DNA of 64,000 bases from Spironucleus salmonicida (taxonomy: Eukaryota): the NCBI RefSeq assembly GCF_000497125.1, contig NC_090600.1, forward strand, positions 186,001 through 250,000. The letters are read 5' to 3'. The notes under the pieces are model-generated. The model ran no database searches and was not told the DNA's origin. It saw only the letters and a program-made list of their open reading frames with translations. Of the stretch, positions 35,082 to 49,300 are shown in pieces (within the stretch, counting starts at the first letter, position 1; every line of letters starts with the position of its first letter). A program made the translations under genes and the position numbers.

Positions 35082-36887
35082 TCACTTTAATGATATATGA
35101 AATATCTTTGATAGGGTTAATATCATATTGCACCTCTAATTAAACTAATTTGGATAGTTTACTCCTCTCTTACATATCAAATAATAAAACTATTTGTATG
35201 TGTCTAATTTTTATAAAGCAACATTCAAATGAATAATTTGGCATAGAGTCAAAGAAGAAAATTCGAATATAACTAAGCATACATCATTTATGTTAAGATA
35301 AATTTAGTATTAGCAATAGATGTATATGTTTTTAAATAATTAAACGTATGCTTAGACGTCTATGACTACAAGTTGTCTTTTCCTAAAAATAAGTTTATAT
35401 AATTTTTATGAAGCTTTATTGATTATTCATAATAATGTTTGAAACTAAAGAAATAACATATTAATAAAAAACTATAAACACGAAGTCATGAAATATTGAG
35501 AAGACTTACTATCATATCGTTGTAATTATAATAAGTATAATCTATCGAATCATCATCCTTCATTTATGAGTGCCCTTATATTACGGTGATGGCGGTTACG
35601 AACTCCTAGTGCAGTAAGTGCCAAAATAACATAATAACAAAGTGCACAAAATTAAACAAATGCAGAAATAAGATAGATCCTATTAAACAGCGGAAATAAT
35701 TCCCACGCTAAGACTAGTACTATATTTAGTACTATCATAAGAATAACATCGATACGTATAACGTGAACTGCTATTTTTTCTACTGCAAGTAGGAGAGCAT
35801 ATGAGCATTGAGTGAGTGGTACAAGTATAGCTGAGATATAAGCTGCTGCAAACATTGTATAATCAAAGCTATGAATATTATTAGTTAATGCTACACTAAT
35901 AAGTACTATACCTGATTGTACGGTAATTAATAATATAGATAAAATGCATAATTTAGCCAAACGGCTTCTTATTAAAGTAATTTCATCAAAACAATTAAAA
36001 TATGCATCTCGATACTCAACTGCAAAAGAAAGCTAAATAGCATACATATGATAATAAACTGAATAAAGATAGAATTATGCGAAAGCTATATTTGATGCAA
36101 AATTAATGCAATATGCACATAAAGTGAAATGGTAAATAAATAGAAAAGTAAATTAACCTAACTATGGAATAATAGCTTTAAACAATGGTACAGCCACTTA
36201 TGAGAAGTGAAATCTAGATTCTTATAACACCCATATAAAAAATAACGTATCTTAATTCATAATGATAATAGTTACGATTAAAATTAAATCTATACATGAC
36301 CGGATTAGGTAGAAATATGATAGATTAAGTGGTTGCAAAATTTATGCATACAAAACAGGAACAAGTTAAAATAAGTACCAACTTACAGAAAACGAAAAAT
36401 GTTTTAGTGGCGGTAATTTAGTTAGAAGAATTTCCTTAAGTATCATAAATGAAACACACATAGGATATAACACGAATTTCTTTAACTCTACCAAGACAAC
36501 TATACCTAAACCGGTGTGAAAAGTAAAAAACAATAGTAGTGACTCTACTACTATTAAAAATACTGAGTATATAAATTAATAAAGCAAAGTTAAAAAAAAT
36601 GCTTATTTATTCACAGAGCCCAAATAAACTCCAAAAGTAGTAATAAAATATTTATCTGCTTGACGTATAAGGGTAGTATTTAGCGTTATTAATTAAAAAT
36701 AGCACATTTCTAAAATAACACATGTAGTAGAAAATGAATATGAACGAGTTTAAAAAGCACACAGTGTAATAACAATAAATGCAGTATGAACAATTCCAAG
36801 AATAAATATATGAAGCAAATTAAAATCTATATATGAATCTGAATTTCTCTTTACTCCTAAAGATGGCTTTCTAGATAGTAAGTCCAT
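35082..36887 (-). CDS. Multi-pass membrane protein, possibly MATE-family transporter (601 aa)
   Basis: Many hydrophobic segments; in frame with track fragment 35652-35960; ends AAG TGA. The MATE assignment is tentative. Confidence 0.65.
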
Positions 36888-37355
36888 TATGGAAGGGGTT
36901 TTTAATATTCTGAGTAAAATACATAACATTATAGTTTATACTCATTATTTTACAAATTTTTATGTTCTATTAGAATTGTAAATTCTAGTTTATGTGAATG
37001 CAAATGTTACAATAGTAAATTACAGAAATTAATTAAATAATTAAAGTCTTATTAATGCATTTTCAGATAATATAATTTTTTAGTAAATAGTGATAGTAAT
37101 TTTAATGGCTAATTTGATAATATTTTTTCTATTTTTCTTTTAAATTATGTCGTTAGATATTCAAGCAAAATTATAGATAAGATTTTTTAAGAGCTGATTA
37201 ATGAATTCGAGTAATAATATTATTTAGTATTATACGCATTTATCTACTAGCAATGATCTACTCTAATTAAATACCTAGCAAGTCTAATATTACTTAAATA
37301 TAAAAAATTTGGATTAGTTAATAAAATAAATTCCTTATTTGATACTAAGCATCTT

Positions 37356-40300
37356 TCAGTCACTCAAACTAGCGAATAAAGCCACAGACCTCTTAATCCA
37401 GTGCCTGGCACTTCCAGATTGACACGGAACAGCCACATTAAGTAAGAAATTTGTTGAATGCCCAGTAGTGCTTAAAGTACCGAATCTGGCGAGAGTTCGG
37501 TAGCACGGGCAGCAGTATAAATTGTCATCGACATCAGTATTTTATGCCTCTTTAGATCCGACAATTATAGGAATTAAGCGGATAATTGGCATTTTAGAGT
37601 AAAGTTCACGAGGACGTGCCTCTACTAACATTCCCAGTTCCATATCGAATCTCGAGGCTTCTAAATAAAGCCCAGAAATATAAGACCCATCGTTAAGAAC
37701 ATCTGGTTAAAATGCTGAATTACCAGCAGTGAAGATCCTTGCCTCTAAAACGTTTTTATTTTCAATTAGAGCTATATCATCAATTGTGGCTTAACAGATC
37801 TCAAAATTGTAGCCTATTGTATCAATTGCGATTGTATACTTACGAGCATAATTCTATAAGACTGATGTCAAATAACCTTAAGCAAAGAAAAATGAGGAGA
37901 TGTGGAAGATTCCTGGCTTGCCTATTTCGATCCAATTTCTAAAGAAGCTAATACGTAAATTCATATCTTAAAGATAGGAAGAAAGTGGTTTTAATGATGG
38001 ATATGAATATTTAGCGAAAGCTTCTGGTAGCTTGTTCATCATTACAGATAAAAATATATCTTCTAGTTCTGATGAGAGAATTGTAAGGCCCCGTAGAGCT
38101 CTTACAAGTTCCTTTAGGTTTAATTGCATTGTATCAATGAGTACATTAAATCTACCACATTCTTGGACTAAAAGCGAGTTCAGAGATTCTTCAAAACGGG
38201 TAGGATATCTAAGTGAGATTGCCTCTAAATCGAATGAGTCCGGTAGTTGCTTGATGATACTGTTGATTACGTCCGTTTCAGAGTTAACTGGTGCAGATTC
38301 TGTATTTGTTTCTTCCTTAGAAACAGCATCATCAAGTTTTCCTGTTTAAAGGATCAAAATCTCAGTTAATAAGTTGTTAGAATCTTGTCTATCAGATGTG
38401 ATATTGGAGTTGGTGTTTAAACCAAGATTATTAGGATGACATTCAATTGAAACGTGATCATTAATGTATTCTAAATAGTCTCTATAACCTAAGCCATTTG
38501 TAAGTTGATGTAACAAATATTCAGGTGTTTCAGATGTTTTTTATTCCATAGTAGGGAAAATCCAATTTTCTTAGAATATTGATGGATTCAAGAAATCTTC
38601 AACAATTGCACTAACACAACGTTAATCAGTAGCATCTGTAACGCAACCTCCAATATTTATTTCAGCGAAAAGATATTATAATGCATGTTTAGGATAAATA
38701 TCAGGGTATTTGTCTAAGAAGATTGGTAATTACTAAATACAAATACCTATGTCTGCGGCAGACCAAGGATAAGGTGTGTTGAATCCAATTGGACCATACT
38801 TTTTCCGTTAGAGTAATACCGAATAGAATAACGATAAAGAATATGTTAATTTCTTAAATTTCTCCATATTCTCAGGTACTTCACATGCTTCATTCATTTA
38901 TTTCTCAGTAATATTAGTTTCCCACACTCGTAATAAATTAGCTTTAAGCGAGTTCGGATTTTCAACAGAAACTTTGACTGAATTTTGTAATATAGCAACT
39001 GGAAATTCAGGAGTAGGTTATGCTGACAACCATAAACGGAAATCACGATGAACAGATGCAGGATCTGCTTAAAGCGCTTCTAATGTTAATTGTAATTATT
39101 TTAAGAAACCTACAGATAAATGACAGTTTTGTAATACACACCAATTACCTCTCTCAACAAATGTTGTGACTAAGTTTAATGCAGTTTTTTCAATTCCACG
39201 ACCTAATGATAATACTTATATCTTTTTATCCATGCGCATTTGCTCAGCAAACATCATAAGATCATTAATAGGATCTGCCATATCAGCTAACAAGAATAAT
39301 ATAGGTTATATATTATTAGAATCCTTATAAGATTTTTCTAAATTGAATACTTATGGCTTGTTGAAGTCAGCACCCAATGTCTTTTCGATAAATATCCTCA
39401 TATATGCTAAAACCCTATCTGGACGTAAAGTTGAGATGGGTAAAAATCTCTAGAATTCAGACAGTTATGTGTCATAAGGGGAAGGCAATGCACATTCTTC
39501 TGGCTTCTATGATTCAAACATATCCTTCCAAGCTATTTATGCCTTTAAATCTCTGAAAGAATGAGATATTCCTTTAAATGCTGATCCTAAACTTTCTAGT
39601 TCACAAATAGACTTCCAATATTTCTCTTCTAACCAATCGTTGCATGGATTTTATGATGTAGCCTCACGCATCTTTGACCCTATTAGTAAAAATTTCATCT
39701 CTGTATTAGTAATCTTATTTTCAGATTTCAAGATTCTAAGAGCGATTAAGAAAGCAAATAATGGTTTATGCGACTCAAACAAAGATCTGCATATATTTTG
39801 ATACAGATAAAGAGTAAATGCTTCTATAAGGTTCTTTAAGCGAGTTTCTAAATCATCACACTATTCAGTACCTTAAATTGATTAAGTATATAGCTAAATG
39901 TACCAATTTAAAGAATATTGATACATAAATTCAATTTTAACAAGATCTTAAACGCAAAAATACAAAATAGATGCCCTATTAGACATTGGGACATACTTTT
40001 AACGAGTTTAATCGATCTCTGCTTCAGTTATTTCAGACTCTTTGACTTTTTCGGTAATCTCCTTTGACGTCTTCTAGGAAAGAGACAATGTATCAATAAG
40101 TGTTTCATTTTATAAAATATCACCTGTCGATGTAGATAACAGGTAAAGTACTTTTTCAGATAATTATTTAAGTTCTAAACGCATCTTACTATTGCTTACT
40201 ACTAGACTAGCCTTGAGAGCCTCTTGGTCGGGTCTTTCTAAAGCGACGAGAACACCTAAAAGCTAATCAGATAGACCTAATTGAGTAATAGCGAAGTTGA

Positions 40301-43300
40301 TTACAGTTACTTTAACAAATGATTCTGCTGAGTAATTAGGATTGGCTAAATGAGTACAGAGATATAGTTTGAATGATGGATTATAAGGTATAGCTGAATC
40401 ACCCAATTTAACACATATTTAGTTTGATGCGTCTTTAATGAAATTCTAATCTAAAACTGTGTTAAGAGATGGATCTATTTCATCAGTAACATTAATAATT
40501 AATAATATTTTACCAAATCTAATACAATTTTCTAATGTTCTTAATAAATCTTTATCCGAGGCTTTTGCTACTTCAAGACCTTACTCTTTATAAAAATTCT
40601 TTAAAAATTATTGTGCTTATTGTTCTGGATCTATTAGCAAGCAGTATTTTTAACTAGTAAACATAAAAGAAGAGTTTTCCATAGAATGAGTATCAGATGG
40701 TAGTTTATACTAATTAATGTAATTCATAATCGTAACGTCATCTGATAAGATATCTGTTACTTTCATATTTCCATTCTTTTCAGTTGATGTTGGTATTTAT
40801 AATTCATTTAGTTTAGCAACCCAGTCAATAGAAATTCTATACCTAAAATCGCTAGTAAATGCTCCTTGATAAATAACCGCAGACGCCCCAAATAAATTGT
40901 CACCTAAAATATGTTTGATAGATTTATCTAGTTCTACAAGTTATTCTTACCATCTTACTTATTCTCCAGACAGTGAAACAATAAGTGTCTGAGCTCGATC
41001 AAGTCTTTTAGCAGTATCATCTACTTATAATGACAGTTATTCTTTCTACTCAACAGCTTTATTAAATTTGTCTTCTAATTCTGCGATTTTATTTTCCACT
41101 TCTGTTAGTCTAGCAACTGTCTCTGATAAACTCTTTTCGACAATAACTAATTCTTCTTATGCCTCTGAAAGTTTTTATCTTTTAGGTATGACCTATAAAT
41201 TGATATGATAGTATTTATACATAGCAATTACGAAAGCACAAAGACCTGCTGCCGCTAAAGACTTCTTCTACATCTACTATGGTATAAATTCAGGATCATT
41301 AATATATTTGTGAAGTTTCTTGATTGTATCCGCAGGAATGTTAGATTTATCATAGGTTCTAAGACTGGTCATCATAGTAGCAGAAGCATTTAACAATTTT
41401 TTAGCTTCGTCCCAATAATCTTCCATTTATTTACCCACATTATTAGGGTCGTTGATCTTTTTAGGTTTTATGCTAAAAAGAATACAAACAGACTCCATAC
41501 ATTACTTAACCGCCGCAGGTGGATTATTGTATGAGCCAAGTTCAGTAAAGTCATTCTTGTTAAGTTTGTCAAGAGCTTCTAAAGCAGCATCTAACAGTGG
41601 CTAAGCCTATTCTAAATCTCTTTCCGCATCTTTTTTAATTGTATCACATTCATTAAATTTACTAGACGCAACTTATTTCTCTCTAGCCACAATTTACCTA
41701 GTTTAATCTGCTTACTCTTTATCTTGTTCTAACTAGACCATCATATTATCTACATTAGCAGATGTCTCAACTAAAACTGGTTATAAATTAGTAAGGTCAA
41801 TTTACATTTAGGCAACTTTTTCTTATGTTTCTTTTAATTTGAATAGACCAGTTGATAATTACATTTTATAGCTATTAATCTTATTATAGTTAACTTGCAA
41901 AACAGAGGTGAAAAGTTTTAACAAATTTAAGAATAATGTTGGAGTAACATGATTAAATCTACCTTATTCTTCTTTATACAACTACGTAAATGATTCTATT
42001 GAAGAATGAACATAAACACAAAATTCTATAATTTTGTCTTAAATAGATTATTTAGTAAAGTTAGTATTTAATACACATTATTCTTCAATAAATTTTCCTA
42101 AAAATTCTAATTATGATGTATCTAGTAATCCACCAGCTTCTTAACCTCCATTAAAGTTAAATATTTAGATACCTACATCTTTAAGAGCATCGGATGGCCA
42201 ATTAAACATATAGTCTATCGAACAACAATTTACCAATGATGGGAACTTTCGTAAACGATTTCTAAGGCTAGTACCAGATGGGGAGAAGCACAATACTAAA
42301 TGAATATTTTATTTAACTCTAGCACAATACGTATCATATAAGTTAGGTTTTGTAACTGGTAATTGATTTTCCATGCATATTTAAGATATTGAAGCTTCTT
42401 CATAAATAGTAGCCAAATCGGCAGGTTCATATATTGCCTACACATCACATGTATTTAACAATATTGAAATATCTTCCAGTTATTAGTCATTAAATATGTG
42501 TTAGTCAGACAGTAATAAAATTTATTATTTACCAGTTAAACCAGATTTCATAACAAACTTCTTGATGTCTTCGTGCCATTCGGATATTCCATATCCCTTC
42601 TTTAACTCAATAGTAACTATGTCACAATTTAACCAATACGCAGCTAATCTAGTCAAAGACTAACGACCTACACCACCTACACCAATAAGTAATATATTAG
42701 ACGATGATTGACGAAGAATTCTAACTACCCTAGACAAATGATGTACAGCAGATTTAAATAAAACTAAGTTCATTTATTAACCCTCTTCGTTACATTTATT
42801 CAGCTCTCCGACTAAAATTTTCTGTAAAGCATTAAAATCAGTAACATCCTAATAGAGTCTATCCTATCCTATAGACAAGAAATCTGCGAACAAAATATCT
42901 TCAACACATCTATCAGTGCCGAGAATATCAGATGTAGCAATCGATAATTTCGAAATTAGAACTTTATCAAGCAGCTAATTGAACCATTTTTAGTCATTCA
43001 CATCGATTAACCTGTCAGAAAACACTCTTTAGGCCTCGTGAATGAACAAGGTAAGTATGTTATTTGTGCATTATTTAGGTTTTAACTGGACACCATTTAT
43101 ATCATTTGCGATAGATTTTGGCTCGACCATCAAAAAGCCTTAAAATAACTTGCTCAAGTCACGCAAATTAAATGTATAGTGAGTCTTAGCAGGAGTTGGT
43201 AAAAGGCCAGTTCTTGTTGAATTATAGACTTCTATTCCCATTGGAACTACTTTTCTGCACATTTGAATCATTGGAGATTGAATCTCTTCGCTGAAAGAGG

Positions 43301-46300
43301 AAAAAGATTTACAACTCCACCAGTCCACTATCTGGTCGAAAATACTGAGTAAAATTGTGTCGCTAAGCTCTAAAAAGTTGATGATATTGTAGTGCCTCAG
43401 GAGCCTTTGAGTGACTGGGTTTCTAGATCCCCCAGATTGCACCATTGCACCTAATTGCACAGTGTCAATAATTTGCTTGAAAACTATTTCTTTAAGGTCG
43501 TAAAAACCTCCATGACATATCAGCTGCCGCAAAAATTCATGTGAATTGATGCATCCATAGCGTTCTTTCATCGGTAAATTTAAATCATCAACAAACAAAA
43601 CAAATTTTTTAGAGACTGGAGGGCCGTAAATACCTCTTCTGCGTTTTTCTACCTTAGAATCTAGATATTGTTGTACTTATCCAGCTTGTGTGTTAGCAGA
43701 AAACGTTAGGAATAATGGTGAAATGAATTTTGTATCTGTTTCATGCTTTAATAAGTAATTCTTAATAACTGCAGTCTTTCCTGAGCCGGTAGAACCTACA
43801 ACAAGGGTCGGATATCCATTGGACACCAATCTTCTTAATAGATAAGATTATTAGATGTTACTAGCAGTTGGGATGATAAGCTCTGAAAGGCTAATTTGAG
43901 AAAGTTAATTCTTACCTTTTATACCTCTAAGCATGATCGAATCTAAGTTAATATCTTTGAGATTTGTGCTCCAAGATATCCAATCACAAGTGATAGAACT
44001 AGAATAGACTAAGTTTTCTAAGTTTTTAGTATCAAGATTTTCTTGAACGATTTTTTCTGCAATTTAATCATAACTATCATATTTAAACATGAAATCGAAA
44101 ACGGAAGAATATTTATCGTCTATTTGCATAGGTATAGAGCAATCGGATAAGTATCCTAGTTCGCTAATTTTTCCTCTCAACCAGCAGTCAAAATTGGATC
44201 TGCTAGGGTCATCAGCCAAAGACGCCCCAACTGACCAAATTAGGCTGAAAAAGAATATTGGTTCTAAATATCTCATGAAAACAGCAATTTACCAAGCTTC
44301 TATTGCACCAAAATCGTTCGGTTTTAATTCGCCAATAAACGTATCCAATATACGGAATAATGAGGTGATTAAATTGGCATCCATAGTTTCTTATAATTGT
44401 TTACAATTTACTTTAATATATGCTAATGACTCAACTAAAAATTAATTCAACAGTTCTTTGAAACGTAAGGCTAATTCTGATAGTTTTTCAGTTTAGTTAA
44501 ACTTGGTGATAAATGTAGATTTGTTGGTTATTTAACCTTGTGTACTAGGATCGAAATCATCTAATCTTAACTAGTCTGGTAATCGATCAATCCATGTTTA
44601 AATAAATGCATCTGGCGATAGAGTTCCAGTAACAACTAACTATCCCACAGATTCTTTAGTTGTACCAACAGAAACTATGTTAAGTGATGTATAATACAAC
44701 ATTGCGCATCTTGAAATTGTAGCAGGTGAAGCTTCAACAACAGAATCCATGTTAAAAACAAGATTCATAACAGGCGATAAGCAAATGATTTCTCCAGAAG
44801 TTAAACATAAACGTTTTGAGTCATCGAGCACAGTGTTTAAAGATTCTATCCACAATGAATCAATATAACCACAACAATCAATAATTTACCTAGCAGCATT
44901 ATTCTTTGAAACGCAAACTTTAGGGTTAACATCTGCAAAGGTGATTTCACCACCTTAATATGAACTTCTAAGTAGGTTTTATTCATACCAAACCATATGC
45001 TTATTATAATCGGACACTGCATTTCTAATGAGTGTAGATAATACACCATCTTACCATTCTTTAGAAACTACATCAAACTAACCAAATAATTAGTCCATGG
45101 TGATTGATTTTGGATTTAATCTAACGATATTCATCTTTTAGAAATAATAATCTTCACCTATAAGAGATGGTACTTAAGAAATTGATAAAGTTGGTTAATT
45201 TTTGCATATTTTAATGAATTTTTCAATTCTTTCTTCCATTTCTCTACGATTAATTCTATTTAACGAATGCATAAGTGCATACAAGCTTTCCGCCTTACCA
45301 GATTGTGCAGAACCTAAAGTCATTAATCCATGTCGTAAATTAATAGTCATGAAAAGATCTATAATTTTATTTACAAATTATTCATCTGGTTATAAGTAGT
45401 TCATTATATTGCTGCGTAGAACTTAAGTTACTTCTTTAATTAGTACATTATAATCGATAAATGGTTATTTGATTCCAGGGAATAAATCTTTTAATATGTT
45501 GTAGAATAACTAAGAATCATTTTACAAAAATTTAGGAGAGTTTACTTCAGTAATAGCTCGTAAAACAATCTACTCTTCTAAATAATATTTCTCATCAAAG
45601 ACAACATCACCTTTCTCGTTAATACTAGAAGGAATTTAAGAATTCTCCTAAACACATAAGGTTCCTAATTCCTATCTTATATTACCAGCAGCTTGAATAG
45701 TTGAGTTAATAGCTCTCATACCATAATCATACCAGCTTTATTACGAAAGTTACTCAGAACAAAGTTTAAATACAGATGTTGCTTTTTATGCTAAATTAGT
45801 AGCTTTTTTAAAGCCATATGAATAAAGTCTTATCTAACATATTTTCATGTAGTTAGGCACCATGACTGATACAGCACGGAAAAGAGCAACTAAATTTGCA
45901 GGCAATTTCTAACGACCAGAATAGTTAGGATTTTATGTAATAATAACACACGCTGTAGACATAAGGTTCAACTCAGCCTGTTCAAATACGTACTTGACGG
46001 TTTGCATTTCAGCAAATGTTTTTCCTTTGGGTGGAGTTCGTATGGTTGATCCACCGCACATTTGTAAACCTCTTTATACACCTAAAACCATCTATGCAAA
46101 TACTGACAATACATCTAAAGACAAACGATTGATTTCGTCCATGATCAAGCAGCCTCCAGTAGAAATACATCCTGAAAGCATTCTCTTAATACCGATTAAA
46201 TCTAAACCTTCAGAGCAGTTAAATACTATACAAACTAAGCCAAACTCTTTATTTGTCATTTATTTAGAAGTTTCAGTCTTACCAGAACCAGCGGGACCAG

Positions 46301-49300
46301 AACAAGCAGAAAACTTGAACATAGCTTAAGATTGAGAAATTGTAGTATAAATTTTAAGTGTTAATGGTGTGATAACTAAACGTTGTGTATTACCTAAATA
46401 TTCATATGCATAAGGTAAAACCGATAATACCTAATTATAAGAAACCAAAAAATTTTCGGTTTTAGAGCTTATATCAGCTAAATTATTAGCTTATTCTTGA
46501 TATTTTTCAGCAGCAATAGGGCCATTATAATAATTATCAGACACACCATGAATGGGTTAATCATAAAATTCAGCAATATTACAAATATGTTTAGGATGTT
46601 TTAACCAATTAAAGTCGGAGACATCTGTGACTCGTTCTGCAATTAAACCAACAATTTAATCTCTCTGGAACACGTCATAAGTAAGCACAGCAGAATAAGT
46701 CTTTGACTCTAATTTCGTTAAACCAGTTCTCACAATTTCTGTCATAGAATCCAACTAGAGCTCTAGTTAGTCACGATATTTCTCTAAATATTATCCAGTG
46801 ATGGCATAATCAGTATCATTTGCAAAAGCAATTTAATTTACCAAATTAATACCCTGAGCAAATCCAGATTTTACCCACAAAGCACGTCCTTAAACGCCAT
46901 CTCGTGTGACTGCCTGCACATACTTTGTGAAGCACTCTTAACATCTAACTTGAACGGTTCTGATAATTAATTTTTCAAGTTGTCCCATCCAGGATTCAAC
47001 GTTTCCAGAAGGTGTTAAAGGATCTACAAATTACACTATTTCGCCTTCATGAGACGTCATAGAGGTCATTTAATAATCATTATCTTCAATAAATTTGATT
47101 CTTGCAACATTTTCAAAGCAGGATCTTAAAAATGGCTATACCGCTGTTGGATTTTTAGTATTAGATAGTATTGAAAGTAATTCTTCGTCTGAGAGGAAGA
47201 AAAATCTTGGGAACGCGATTCTTTTTGTTTCCAAATAATCTGCTAAACCCTTTTGCACTTTTTCTAGACTTTAATGATTCTCCTAGAGATTTGGCAATAA
47301 TTTAGAAGTTTCAGTACAAATTTATATCACATTTGGATTTTTGTGTGCTTTAGCCATATGTGTTCTCCAAAATGTGTCAACTGATCTAAAGAGTTTAGAT
47401 TCTGTGGGAAGTTATCTAACAATATCTGGAGAACTAAAAATAGGTTCTAAATATAACCAAGCTTATTAAACAGATATCCACGCTTCTATTATTTCAGATG
47501 TTAAGGATAGATTTTGCTCCCATTAAACAATAGACTTTTCGAAAAATTTCTTAAATGGAGAAAACATCATAGATTAAATCATGGTGATGTTGTCATCTAA
47601 AGTTTAAATCACATCATCCAAGCCTTTTAATATATAACACCCAGAGTTCTAATATTCCATTAAAGTAAAATTAATATCAGCCCAGGTTTTTTCTAATTAT
47701 ACTAATACCTACTCTATGGTATTTTCTTTGCTGGCAGCCTCAGAAATCCTTTAAATAACTTCAAAGTTTTTCATATCATTTAAGTGTAATGTATCAACAG
47801 CTTATTTAAAAGTAAAGTTTACAGGTTATTTATTAAGCGTGTTAATTTCATCTTGAGACATTATACTATAATCAGTCTCAGATGCTTCATCATCCCCAAA
47901 TTTTTAAAGTTCTATTCCATTAATATATCTTAAGTTATTTAAGAACTGACCAGTTTCTTCTGAAATTCTAAGCCAATGTCTTCTACGAAGACCTGGATTT
48001 CTTAATGCCTTTACCAAGGGTACATTCTTTTTGAATTCTGTGATTTCCTTTTTAACTTACTCCGAAAGTTCCTTAACAACTGGTTAATTTTCTTTAACTG
48101 ATCTTAAAGATTTAATAATGTTTCTTTATAATGTATCGACTATGGACTCAATTTCGTTTCCATTTAAAGCCTTAAAATCTTCATTATATACTTTATGAGT
48201 TAATTATCTGAAATCTGAAACACTTTTCCAAAGTAATTCTTATGGCTCGAAATCTTTTAAGATTTAATCTAATTAAGAATAGTCAGTTTATTAAAGTCCC
48301 ATTAATAATTCTCTTTAATTATATAACTTAGATTTTTCTTAGATTTTAGCAAGTTATTATGTCATAAGTTCAGTTTCTTCGGATGCTTAGATATATTCGT
48401 CTAATGATTTATATCTAATAGCGAATGTTGTGACTTATTTTGCTAAAGTTTCTATATTTTTAGCCATTGAGTTCTACTCTTAAGATTGTTAATCTCTAAA
48501 CTTAACTTTGTCTAATTCTACAATTTAACATGTCCTATTAACTAAATTTTTGAGATCTAAAGGATACCCAATTGTTTTCCATCTTTAGGCAATTCCGTTT
48601 TCACTCATTTAAACAAATAGTTCATCTAAAATAGCATGATATTCTGCCATTGTTTGAATATTTATTTTTACACTATTCGTAAGTTTTTCCATCTTTTATT
48701 GGATAAATTCTTCTAGCTTACAAGCATCTTCAATTGTATTACATTTTCTTTAAAGACGTTTTTAAATTGTACAATACAGTTGACCAATTTAAGTCGCCTT
48801 AGTGCTTGCAATTTTTTAAACGATATCTTAAACATGTTCAGCAAGTCGTTAACATTTTGAAGCTAAAAAATGTCTAACAGCTGTGTTTTTTACAATAAAT
48901 GCACCGACATGAATAAGATCAGGAATTTCTGACATAATTTTTTTTGCTTAATTCATCTATTAATATACAAGATTTCTGAGATCTTATGGAGACATAGACG
49001 TAGCAGAATCAACCGATGCTTACATATTGGGACTAAGATTTTACTAAGGAATATTGATAGTTTATCCTTATGTCTCAAGTTATTCTCTGAGATAAAGTTC
49101 TGCTTTGTATTTGATTGTTGATGCCCATTTATCTTCATCAAGAACTAATAAATCTCTATATGACGAGAATTATTTTAGATAATCGTTTAATGGTTATACA
49201 ATATTAACACAATATTATTAAATTTATATACGCTGAGCCTCAAACTAAAATTCATCCTAGCTAGGTGAAGCCAGGAATGACTTTTCTTATTTAATAATAT

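Noticed and set aside
36900-37350. Possible small gene downstream of the dynein gene
   Set aside because: No clean ATG-to-TGA frame could be established
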